This document shows, piece by piece, positions 18,824-26,865 of a DNA stretch of 64,000 nt. The stretch comes from Crocinitomicaceae bacterium (GTDB lineage: Bacteria > Bacteroidota > Bacteroidia > Flavobacteriales_D > Crocinitomicaceae), in the NCBI GenBank assembly GCA_021325675.1, contig JAJTCM010000004.1, positions 2,794 through 66,793 on the forward strand. The letters run 5' to 3'. Below the pieces are notes generated by a model. That model was not told the origin of the DNA. It ran no database searches and saw only the letters and a program-made list of their open reading frames with translations. Numbering within the stretch: position 1 is the stretch's first letter; the number at the start of each line of letters is the position of its first letter. A program made the position numbers and the translations under genes.

Positions 18824-19999
18824 ATGACAAATCTGTCAAATTACATTCTCGAAAAACTGGATACGCTCGTTGTAGTCATCAACCCCAACGGCGAAATCGC
18901 ATATATCAACCAATCGGTTAAAAAGCTATTGGGCTACGAACCGATCAAGCTGATCGGGCTTTCCTGGAGCACGAAAGTGAAAAACCGGGAAGCGCTGAGC
19001 TACGACATTAAAAAATCAACGCTTTCCCTGCTGCGGCAGAAAAAAGAGCAGCTGCCCCTTTCGAGCTTTGCCTCAGAGCAGGTGATCGTGGACGCTTTCG
19101 GGATTGAAAAATACATTTTGTGGAACTTATCGCTCGGCCCGGAAAACGAGCTGATCGGGATCGGGCAGGACATTTCTGAGATTAAGAGGAATGAAAACCA
19201 GCTTGTGCTCAACAACCGGAAATTAAAGGAAAAGAACAACGAAGTGCTGGACAGTATCGCTTATTCCCAGCGGATCCAGAAAGCGATTTTGCCCGACCAG
19301 GAACGGATCAGATCACTGTTTAGTGAAGCCTTCGTTTTGTATAAGCCGAAAGACATTGTCAGCGGCGATTTTTACTGGGTGCACGAGCAGAACGGCAAAA
19401 TTTTCGTAGCCGGTATTGATTGCACAGGCCACGGCGTACCCGGCGCTTTAATGACCGTGCTCGCCAATTCCCTCCTGCGGAACATCGTGCGCCAGAATCT
19501 CGAAGATCCGGCGGAAATACTGCAAAAACTGGATGAATACCTTTTCGAAGAGCTGAACAACAACGGGAGTGAGCAAACGCCCGACGGAATGGATATTGCG
19601 TTGTGCGTGATTGACCGGGAAACTAAAAAATTGACTTATTCCGGGGCTTTCCGGTCTTTGGTTTTAATCCGCGACGGGGAATTTATTGAATTTAAAGGCG
19701 CGCGTTACCCGATCGGTTTTTACAAGGATATCGAAAAAGAGTTCATTTCTACGGAGGTTGATGTGCAGGAAAACGACGCTTTTTACGTGTTTTCGGATGG
19801 TTTCGTAGACCAGTTCGGCGGTGAAGAAGTGGAACGCGGCGGTAAGAAATTCAACAAGAAAAACTTCCGCAAATTGCTGCTCGAAGTGCAGTCTTTTTCA
19901 CTCGAAGAACAGGAAGGCTATCTCGAATACGTTTTCCGGAACTGGAAACAGCATTTGCCGCAAACGGACGATGTACTGGTGATGGGGTTCAGGGTGTGA
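18824..19999 (+). CDS. PAS-domain SpoIIE/PP2C serine phosphatase (RsbU/SiaA-like, cytoplasmic)
   Basis: N-terminal PAS (YINQSVKKLLGY...GQDISE), coiled coil, VSGDFYW, DCTGHGVPGA, DGMDIA, FSDGFVDQFGG, QTDDVLV. Confidence 0.9.
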   Translation: MTNLSNYILEKLDTLVVVINPNGEIAYINQSVKKLLGYEPIKLIGLSWSTKVKNREALSYDIKKSTLSLLRQKKEQLPLSSFASEQVIVDAFGIEKYILWNLSLGPENELIGIGQDISEIKRNENQLVLNNRKLKEKNNEVLDSIAYSQRIQKAILPDQERIRSLFSEAFVLYKPKDIVSGDFYWVHEQNGKIFVAGIDCTGHGVPGALMTVLANSLLRNIVRQNLEDPAEILQKLDEYLFEELNNNGSEQTPDGMDIALCVIDRETKKLTYSGAFRSLVLIRDGEFIEFKGARYPIGFYKDIEKEFISTEVDVQENDAFYVFSDGFVDQFGGEEVERGGKKFNKKNFRKLLLEVQSFSLEEQEGYLEYVFRNWKQHLPQTDDVLVMGFRV

Positions 20000-20006
20000 G
20001 CTTTGG

Positions 20007-20030
20007 AATGATGAATTATGAATGTTGAAT
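20007..20030. repeat. Heptamer tandem repeat, TKWTGAA family
   Basis: AATGATGAATTATGAATGTTGA is identical to 26017-26038. Confidence 0.75.
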
Positions 20031-20055
20031 GTGAGCCAGGGGACGGCTACCGTTT

Positions 20056-20122
20056 TCCCTTAGAAGGTGACCAGCTGAGAACTTGTTAATTGTCACCTCC
20101 CGGTCTCAGGGGGGAGAGGTGA
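20056..20122. terminator. GC-rich hairpins between convergent genes (possible terminator or REP-like element)
   Basis: GGTGAC...GTCACC and an overlapping TCACCT...AGGTGA stem; no clear T tract. Confidence 0.35.
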
Positions 20123-20140
20123 AATTTCCGACCAAATAAT

Positions 20141-20722
20141 TTATCTGGGGGACAATTCCGAAATCAATTCCAATATCTGCGGCAGCACCCGGGAATCATT
20201 GTTGTTTTCGATGATTTTGGGGCCAAACTCAATTTTCTCTTCGTCCGAAAGCTGGCTTTTCATGCGGGCGAGCACGTCTTCGCGGCTCACGTTGTCGCGT
20301 TTCATCACGCGTTCGATGCGTGTTTCCATATCAGCGGTGACGAGCCAAACCTGGTCAAAACGTTTGTATGAACCGGTTTCAAACAGGAGCGCGGATTCAT
20401 TGAAGACAATAGGGGAATTTTGCTGCTTCTTCCAGGCGTCGTAGGATTGAAAAACGGTCGGGTGGACGAGCGCGTTGAGCTTTTCGCGGAGCTCAGGCTT
20501 GGAAAAAACCTGGGAGGAGAGATAATTGCGGTTCAATTGCTTGTCGATGTAGGCTTTTTCCCCGAAAGTTTTTACGATCGCATTGATGAGGTCGAGGTTT
20601 TCGAGCATATTTTGCTTGGCTGACTCATCGGCATAAAAAACGGGATAAGCGAGGTGTTCAAGTACTTTGCAAACCAACGATTTGCCTGATCCGATACCCC
20701 CGGTTATCCCGATTGAAAACAT
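20141..20722 (-). CDS. coaE: Dephospho-CoA kinase
   Basis: IGITGGIGSGKS, LNALVHP, ESALLFE, RVMKRD. Confidence 0.95.
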   Translation of the reverse strand: MFSIGITGGIGSGKSLVCKVLEHLAYPVFYADESAKQNMLENLDLINAIVKTFGEKAYIDKQLNRNYLSSQVFSKPELREKLNALVHPTVFQSYDAWKKQQNSPIVFNESALLFETGSYKRFDQVWLVTADMETRIERVMKRDNVSREDVLARMKSQLSDEEKIEFGPKIIENNNDSRVLPQILELISELSPR

Positions 20723-20730
20723 TCTTTTTG

Positions 20731-20803
20731 AATGGAGAACGAAGAATGGAAAATTGAAAATGAAATTAATTCTACATTCTCAATTCTCCACTTTCAATTC
20801 TAT
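20731..20803. repeat. Inverted heptamer repeat array (AATGGAR)n ... (ATTCTCH)n
   Basis: AATGGAG AACGAAG AATGGAA AATTGAA AATGAAA, then ATTCTAC ATTCTCA ATTCTCC ACTTTCA ATTCTAT. Confidence 0.75.
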
Positions 20804-21186
20804 TAAATTTCTTCTACTTCGATAATTTTGAATGGCAGGGAAATGATTGCCTGGTAATCTTCACCGGCTTCTTCCATATCCTCATCGTCTTCTTCAAAAT
20901 ACCAGTTGATGCTTACTTCAGTTCCTTTTCCGTTGATGCCTTCCAGTTTTTTGAACAAATCCAGGATGCATTTGGAGGATGAAGTGTTGAAATATTCTAA
21001 TTTGATGTCGACAACAGTTTGTGCTTTCGGTGAGTTACCGTAGCTGTCGATCCAATCGTTCAACGGTTTATAAAATTCCACGGAATTTTCAGGAATTGAA
21101 CGCCCTTTGAGCTCTAATTTTCCTTCGTTTGAGTTAAAAGTTACCGACGGTGTTTTGGCTGATCCTTCTAAAATTAAATTTTCCAT
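20803..21186 (-). CDS. siaC: SiaC-family (DUF1987) phosphoacceptor protein
   Basis: TPSVTF, GRSIPEN, LEYFNTSSSK (conserved phospho-Thr motif), WYFEEDDEDMEEAGEDY. Confidence 0.88.
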   Translation of the reverse strand: MENLILEGSAKTPSVTFNSNEGKLELKGRSIPENSVEFYKPLNDWIDSYGNSPKAQTVVDIKLEYFNTSSSKCILDLFKKLEGINGKGTEVSINWYFEEDDEDMEEAGEDYQAIISLPFKIIEVEEI

Positions 21187-21202
21187 GTGTCTCTATATAT
21201 TG

Positions 21203-21763
21203 TTAATCTATTTTTACATTCAGACAGAAGAAGCTGGTTGTTTCGTTCACGTCCAGGAGTTGATATTCTAATTTGTTTCCTGATTTACGGGCGATATCGA
21301 TCATTCCCAGTCCGGCGGTTCCTTTTTCAGATAAATTTCCGTTATTGAGCACTTCCTGGTAATAGGTTTTGAGCTCGTCCTTATCCATCGCGTTGATTTT
21401 ATCCAGTTTAGAGCTCAGTTCATGGGCACTTTCTTTATCCACGTAGTTGCCCGTGCGGATCTGGAAATAATCACCTTCTTTGGCGATCAGGAATAAAGCG
21501 GATTTTTGTTCGATGATCCTGCGCTGTTCAGCGGCATTTTCATCATTGACATCAATGTGGTGGTATAAGTTCTGCAGGCATTCCACCAAAACGTTGAAGA
21601 CTTTCTTCTTGGTTTTCGGTGATTCCTCCATGTAGTCCATCTTCGTTTCCATGATTTGCAGCACAGACGTAAGTAAATCTGAAGTGACAACACCTTTGAA
21701 TGAAAGCAGGATATTCTCCTGTTCCATCGTTTTGTATAAATTGTAAATGTTACCCAACTCCAT
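21203..21763 (-). CDS. siaB: SiaB-family (DUF6272) GHKL-type protein kinase
   Basis: LSFKG, VFNVLVECLQNLYHH, TGNYV, GTAGLGMIDIARKS. Confidence 0.88.
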   Translation of the reverse strand: MELGNIYNLYKTMEQENILLSFKGVVTSDLLTSVLQIMETKMDYMEESPKTKKKVFNVLVECLQNLYHHIDVNDENAAEQRRIIEQKSALFLIAKEGDYFQIRTGNYVDKESAHELSSKLDKINAMDKDELKTYYQEVLNNGNLSEKGTAGLGMIDIARKSGNKLEYQLLDVNETTSFFCLNVKID

Positions 21764-21784
21764 TATTTTCCTTCAGATGACTGA

Positions 21785-21792
21785 CAAATATA
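21785..21792 (-). promoter_or_regulatory. -7 promoter element for siaB-siaC(-coaE)
   Basis: TATATTTG on the minus strand. Confidence 0.65.
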
Positions 21793-21913
21793 TAAAATTG
21801 TCGATACATAATACTGATTCATAGAAAAAAAGTTTCATTTTTTTGATATTTGCGAAAGTTTTGGCATAAGTGCATTTGAAATGTGTCTTAAAATTGTATT
21901 TTTGCCTTTGCTC

Positions 21914-22663
21914 ATGAAGGAAAGTAACACAACGCCCCAAAACTGGTTTGAAAGTTGGTTCGATTCACCGTATTATCACCTGCTTTATTCCAACCGCGAT
22001 TATTCCGAAGCCGAATTTTTTATCGGTAACCTGGTAACAAAACTCAGGCTTAAGGCCGGTGCCCCCGTGCTTGACCTGGCTTGCGGCAAAGGAAGGCATG
22101 CTTTTTCTTTGAGCGGCTACGACCTCGATGTGCTGGGCCTGGATTTATCCCCGAACAGCATTTCAGAAGCCCGGAAATTAACACACGACAGCCTGCATTT
22201 TGATGTGCACGACATGCGTGAAGTTTACCCGGGACGCCAGTTTGACGTTGTTTTCAACCTGTTTACAAGCTTTGGCTATTTTGACGATTCCGCCGAAAAC
22301 CTGAAAGTGCTGAAATCGGTTCACCAGATGCTGCTTCCGGCCGGAAAACTGGTTATTGATTTTATGAATGCCGCGAAAGTGGTGCGCGACCTCGTTGAAC
22401 AGGAAGTCAAAACCGTAGAGGGTGTTGATTTTCACATCGCGCGAGAATACGACGGCAAGCACATATTCAAGCACATCCGCTTCCATGCCGAAGGACAGGA
22501 TTTTCATTTTACCGAAAGGGTACAGGCGCTGAAACCGGAAGATTTTAAAGCTTTGCTGGAAGACGCCGGCTTTGAGCTGGTGAATACGTACGGCAATTAC
22601 GCCCTCGATGCTTTTGACATCTCAGCTTCACCGCGTTTAATTTTAGAGGCACAAAAAAGATGA
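21914..22663 (+). CDS. Class I SAM-dependent methyltransferase
   Basis: VLDLACGKGRH, GLDLS, HDMR, NLFTSFGYF; ATG 21914 follows a TATTTTTG promoter at 21897-21904. Confidence 0.9.
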   Translation: MKESNTTPQNWFESWFDSPYYHLLYSNRDYSEAEFFIGNLVTKLRLKAGAPVLDLACGKGRHAFSLSGYDLDVLGLDLSPNSISEARKLTHDSLHFDVHDMREVYPGRQFDVVFNLFTSFGYFDDSAENLKVLKSVHQMLLPAGKLVIDFMNAAKVVRDLVEQEVKTVEGVDFHIAREYDGKHIFKHIRFHAEGQDFHFTERVQALKPEDFKALLEDAGFELVNTYGNYALDAFDISASPRLILEAQKR

Positions 22664-23391
22664 GTATTTTAAGCCAGTTCCTCTTACTGATTGCTGCGGT
22701 TGTTGCAGGCGGGTTGATTGTTGATTTTCTCAATTCTTTCAATCAAAAGAAGATCATTAAAATGCTGCTGGCCTTCAGCGGCGGGTTTTTGCTGGCAATC
22801 GCCTTCGTTCATTTTTTGCCGGAATTGTACCACGACCACACGGAAAAAATCGGGATTTACGTACTTATTGGTTTCCTTGTACAGCTTTTCCTGGAGTATT
22901 TTTCAGGAGGAATCGAGCATGGCCACGTACATTTGCACAAAGAGCACAGCTTTCCCTGGGCCTTATTTTTGTCCCTGTCTGTTCATTCGCTCATCGAAGG
23001 GATCCCCCTGGCTTTGCCGGAAAGCATACACGCCGGGCATCACCATGCCCAGGGATCGGGAATGTCATTGCTGATGGGGATTTTGTTCCACCAGGTTCCG
23101 GTTGCCATCGCACTCATGACGCTGCTGCGGAAAAGTAATTATTCGACGCTCAAATCCTGGACGATTTTACTGATTTTCGGGATCATGACCCCAACAGGCT
23201 TGCTGCTCGGTTATTTCACCAACGGCAAGATCGATTTTATCAATATGAATTACCTGCTGGCGATTGTGATGGGGATGTTCCTGCATATTTCAACAACAAT
23301 CATCTTCGAAACCAGCGAAAACCACAAGTTCAACCTGATGAAGCTTACGAGTATTTTGGTTGGGGTGCTGCTGGCGTTTTTTATCCATTGA
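22660..23391 (+). CDS. ZIP-family metal transporter
   Basis: LAFSGGFLL, HGHVH loop, HSLIEG, HQVP; multiple TM segments. Confidence 0.9.
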   Translation: MSILSQFLLLIAAVVAGGLIVDFLNSFNQKKIIKMLLAFSGGFLLAIAFVHFLPELYHDHTEKIGIYVLIGFLVQLFLEYFSGGIEHGHVHLHKEHSFPWALFLSLSVHSLIEGIPLALPESIHAGHHHAQGSGMSLLMGILFHQVPVAIALMTLLRKSNYSTLKSWTILLIFGIMTPTGLLLGYFTNGKIDFINMNYLLAIVMGMFLHISTTIIFETSENHKFNLMKLTSILVGVLLAFFIH

Positions 23392-23564
23392 TTTTTACCG
23401 TGGATGTGCGCGAATTTCTCTTTGGATAGTAATCTTTAGTGATGGTTTAAACTTTTCTTTCTTTGTTGCCCTTAATCACAAAGGAGCGACCAAGTCAAAC
23501 TCAGTGTTCTTTGCGTTCAAAAACCGGGTGCCCTATGCTTTATAAGCTCTATGTGGTTTCAAAC

Positions 23565-24140
23565 TCACTTCTTCACATATTTCGTCAGGATCACGATTGT
23601 TTGTCCGTTTACCTTTCCTTCAATGTGTTCCGGGTTGTCGTGTACCAGCGAGATGTTGCGAACTGCCGTTCCGCGTTTGGCTGTAAAACCACCGCCTTTG
23701 ACGTTCAGGTCTTTGATCAGCACAACCGTATCACCGCTTTCCAGGCGAACCCCGTTGCTGTCGGTGTGGTATTCCGCTCCTTCGGTTTCTTCTTCTTCCG
23801 CACCCGCTTTGGCCCAGGCAAGGGTTTCTTCGTCGAGGTAAAGCATATCCAGCAAATCCTGCGGCCAGCCTTCCGAACGCAAGCGGTGCAGCATACGCCA
23901 GGCTATTGCCTGCACTGCAGGGATTTCGCTCCACATACTGTCGTTGAGACAGCGCCAGTGATTGGGATCAACTGATTCCGGGTTTTCAATTTGAGATTGA
24001 CAGCTTTCGCAGATGAAGATATAATCGTCGATCCGGCCGTTGTGCTGTTTCGGGGCAACTTCATAGCTTTTCAGCCCGCTTTGCGCGGAACATAATTCAC
24101 ACTGAGATTTGCTGCGTTGGGTGAGTTCTTTTTCGTACAT
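23565..24140 (-). CDS. phnA: PhnA/YjdM-domain zinc-ribbon protein
   Basis: CELC and CESC pairs, HWRCLNDSMWSE, DSNG...GDTVVLIKDLNVKG. Confidence 0.85.
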   Translation of the reverse strand: MYEKELTQRSKSQCELCSAQSGLKSYEVAPKQHNGRIDDYIFICESCQSQIENPESVDPNHWRCLNDSMWSEIPAVQAIAWRMLHRLRSEGWPQDLLDMLYLDEETLAWAKAGAEEEETEGAEYHTDSNGVRLESGDTVVLIKDLNVKGGGFTAKRGTAVRNISLVHDNPEHIEGKVNGQTIVILTKYVKK

Positions 24141-24144
24141 TTTT

Positions 24145-24204
24145 TAATGTGATAATTTGTTAATGAATTATGAGTGATGAACGTTGAATCTTCGAATTAA
24201 TCAT
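24145..24204. repeat. Composite octamer + heptamer repeat tract
   Basis: TAATGTGA TAATTTGT TAATGAAT, TTATGAG TGATGAA CGTTGAA, then GAATCTTCGAA. Confidence 0.75.
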
Positions 24205-24798
24205 TCAATTCTCATTGAACTGAAAATACAAAATCGATCTCCACGTGTCGAGCCCCATTTTTTCTTTCCAGGTGTGCTGCAGATCGAGCATGGTTTTGAA
24301 CAAGTCGCGTACTTTTTCATCCGTCATATGGAACAACTGTTGCGGCTGGATGCCAAAAGCGGTCAGGTTATTTACGTCTTCGCCAACCCATTGGGCGTCT
24401 TCACGCTCCCATTCGTTGGCTTTTTCCATTCCCGGGCCATCAAGGTAATTGCCTTCTTTGTCTGTGTATAAAGCATAAATTTCACCGTTTTCCAGCAGGA
24501 TTTCGTCCGCATCGATGGGGTCGAAGAAAGCTTTCGTTTTAGCAACTTCGGCCACAAATTCTTCGTGATCGGCCATTTCGCCTGTTTGAACGAGAAAATC
24601 CAGCAGGGAATAAAGCGCTTGTTTTCCTTTTTTGAAATCTGCCCTGATGCCAACGTTTTTGTCAAATAAATCCGATTCCGTTGCCCGGTTGTCGTAAGCT
24701 GCGAGCAGCTCGTAAGCATAAGGGATTTTATAGGGGGCTTCGCCGAGGCTAATGTGTTTGCCGTCTTTCAGGGCGTAAATGTAACTTCTGTTTGCCAT
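24205..24798 (-). CDS. Hypothetical acidic protein (MANRSYIY start, DUF7822-like)
   Basis: Clean 197-aa ORF; the family guess rests only on the N-terminal MANRSYIY...LGEAPYKIP motif. Confidence 0.7.
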   Translation of the reverse strand: MANRSYIYALKDGKHISLGEAPYKIPYAYELLAAYDNRATESDLFDKNVGIRADFKKGKQALYSLLDFLVQTGEMADHEEFVAEVAKTKAFFDPIDADEILLENGEIYALYTDKEGNYLDGPGMEKANEWEREDAQWVGEDVNNLTAFGIQPQQLFHMTDEKVRDLFKTMLDLQHTWKEKMGLDTWRSILYFQFNEN

Positions 24799-24804
24799 GC
24801 TTTT

Positions 24805-24934
24805 TAATGTGCTAATTGGTTAATGTGCGAATATGCTAATTATTTTTTAATGTGTTAATTAAGTAATATGCTAAATTGATTCGAAGATTCGATAAATATT
24901 CAATCTGCATGTAATTATAGTTGCTAGCACATTA
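24805..24934. repeat. Octamer repeat array (TAATRTGC family) with an inverted copy
   Basis: TAATGTGC TAATTGGT TAATGTGC GAATATGC TAAT; TAATGTGT TAATTAAG TAATATGC; GATTCGAAGATTCGA; TAGCACATTA. Confidence 0.85.
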
Positions 24935-24937
24935 TCG

Positions 24938-25990
24938 TTAACCCATCAGTACATTAACCTTAAAACGTTTTAAGCTCACTTCCGGGTGAAGCTCGGTACC
25001 GTCAACGAGAAAGCTGATGAACTCTTTGGATAAAAGAGGTGAGATCAGGTAGCCTTTCGCTCCCAGGCCGTTGTAAATGGATAATTTCGGGTACTGCGGA
25101 TGCCTGCCCAGGATCGGTTTGCGATCAGGGGAAGTCGGACGTACCCCGGCTTCGTGCCTTACGACTTCGTAAGCTGAGTCTGTGATTTTTTGAAAATGGC
25201 CTTCCAGTTCCCGGCGGGCTTCTTCCGTGAGATTAGTGTTTGGCGAATCCCAGCTGTAGGTTGCGCCCACTCTGAAGTGCTGATTTCCAATCGGGAGCAC
25301 AAAACACTTATAGTTATACAGTTCATTTTCAGGAAGAAAGTCGTTTTTAACGGTTAACAACTCGCCTTTGGTGGCCTGAACCGGCAGCAGTGAAAACCAG
25401 GGATTTTGCTGTGCGCGATAACCTTCGCAGAAAATCAGCTCTTCGAATTCCATGCCGTCGTAAGCAGCATTTTCAGGGTCAACTTTATCGTAGTCAAATT
25501 CCTGCACCATTAATTTGCCTTCTTCGCGGAGCTTCTGCTGCCAGCTTCCAATCAGTGTTTTCGTGTCGATCCACCAGCAATCCCGGACTAAGCCAGTGCC
25601 GCAGCGCTGTTTGATTGCTGTAAAATTTTTGTCGGCTTCATCCAGCTGTTTCATATACGGTGAAAATTCCGGCAGGTCTTGTTTTTCCAGCCATAAATCC
25701 AGTTCCTGCTCGTGCGCGAAAGCCCTGCGAATGGAAATTGGACGGAAGATTTCTTTCCCTAAAAACTGCTCAACCCCGGGGTAAAAACGTTTCGCTTCGG
25801 GTAGCAGCTCGGCTACGCGCCAGCTAAGCGACATCCTGCGGAATACGAGCGGGTTGATGATCCCGGCTGCCACCTTGGAGCTTTGGTTGATGCCTGAATC
25901 AATGATTTTATAAGGAATATTCCGTTCTTCCAGCCGCTGGGCGATACTTAATCCGGCGATCCCGGCCCCGACGATGATGTATGGTTTCAT
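24938..25990 (-). CDS. FAD-dependent oxidoreductase (DAO/glycine oxidase-like)
   Basis: IVGAGIAG, SSKVAAGIINP, KGELL, GVRPTSPDRKPILG, NGLGAKG. Confidence 0.9.
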   Translation of the reverse strand: MKPYIIVGAGIAGLSIAQRLEERNIPYKIIDSGINQSSKVAAGIINPLVFRRMSLSWRVAELLPEAKRFYPGVEQFLGKEIFRPISIRRAFAHEQELDLWLEKQDLPEFSPYMKQLDEADKNFTAIKQRCGTGLVRDCWWIDTKTLIGSWQQKLREEGKLMVQEFDYDKVDPENAAYDGMEFEELIFCEGYRAQQNPWFSLLPVQATKGELLTVKNDFLPENELYNYKCFVLPIGNQHFRVGATYSWDSPNTNLTEEARRELEGHFQKITDSAYEVVRHEAGVRPTSPDRKPILGRHPQYPKLSIYNGLGAKGYLISPLLSKEFISFLVDGTELHPEVSLKRFKVNVLMG

Positions 25991-25995
25991 TTTTT

Positions 25996-26046
25996 TAATG
26001 TGATAATATGCTAATTAATGATGAATTATGAATGTTGAGTGATGAA
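25996..26046. repeat. Composite octamer + heptamer repeat tract
   Basis: TAATGTGA TAATATGC TAAT, then TGATGAA TTATGAA TGTTGAG TGATGAA. Confidence 0.8.
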
Positions 26047-26142
26047 CCGCTTCTGCCCATAATTTAAGGGTAGTGAATATAATGCGAAAAACTGTCCTCC
26101 AAAAGGGTGTCGTTTCCGTTTTCCATTCTCCACTTTTCCATT

Positions 26143-26865
26143 CTACGTTTTAGTTACCGCCAAACTAATCACGCTGATCTTCAGGTCGGGCAGCTCCTTC
26201 CTGATGGTGTTGATGCAGGATTCGAGCGTGGATCCGGTTGTGATTACGTCATCCACGAGGGCGATATGTTTGCAGTCTGCCAGTGCTTTTTTATCCGCCA
26301 GGAAAGCTTCACTGATATTGTCCCAGCGGCCGAATTTACCCATTTTTGTCTGGCTTTCGGCGTGTAAGGTGCGTCGCAGGAAATTGCTGTTCATTGGGAT
26401 TTTTGTTTCCTCACTGATGCCGTTTGCGATTTGCTCGCTTTGGTTATAGCCGCGTACATGCTGCTTTTTGGGGTGAAGCGGAACAGGGACCAGGCTGTCG
26501 ATCCCGTCATATTTTTGATTTTCGAGCATTTTTTCACCGATCAGGCGCCCCATTTCCGTTCCCAGCTTTTGCTTGCCTTTGTATTTAATCTGGTGTAAAA
26601 TCTGCTGCGTTGGACCTTCCTGTTCAAAATAAAGCAGGGCAAATGTGCTTTCCAATTGGCAGCGTCCCCAGAAACGCTTGTCGAGGCTGCTTTCTTCGCT
26701 GTATTTTTCGAAAGTGGTGAACTTCAGCTCTTCCCGGCAGAAAAAACAAATTTCGGTTTCAGCCTTGCTTAGTTCTTTTTCACAAACCAGGCAGGTGGGC
26801 GGATAAACCAGGTGCAGGAAATCATTTTTCCATTCAACGAGATTTTTAAGCCATTTATGTGTCAT
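26143..26865 (-). CDS. comF: ComF-family phosphoribosyltransferase-like protein
   Basis: YPPTCLVC...CFFC double zinc ribbon, VPVPLH, RGYNQSE, LVDDVITTGSTL; start is uncertain (26865 or 26874). Confidence 0.9.
   Translation of the reverse strand: MTHKWLKNLVEWKNDFLHLVYPPTCLVCEKELSKAETEICFFCREELKFTTFEKYSEESSLDKRFWGRCQLESTFALLYFEQEGPTQQILHQIKYKGKQKLGTEMGRLIGEKMLENQKYDGIDSLVPVPLHPKKQHVRGYNQSEQIANGISEETKIPMNSNFLRRTLHAESQTKMGKFGRWDNISEAFLADKKALADCKHIALVDDVITTGSTLESCINTIRKELPDLKISVISLAVTKT

Noticed and set aside
23460..23560. Degenerate nonamer repeat (TCAGTGTTC, TTTGCGTTC, TATGTGGTT) between ZIP and phnA
   Set aside because: Too few and too divergent units to distinguish from chance by eye.
16221..26046. 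Intergenic repeats as a CRISPR array
   Set aside because: Units are 7-8 nt, degenerate and directly tandem, with no unique spacers and no cas genes.
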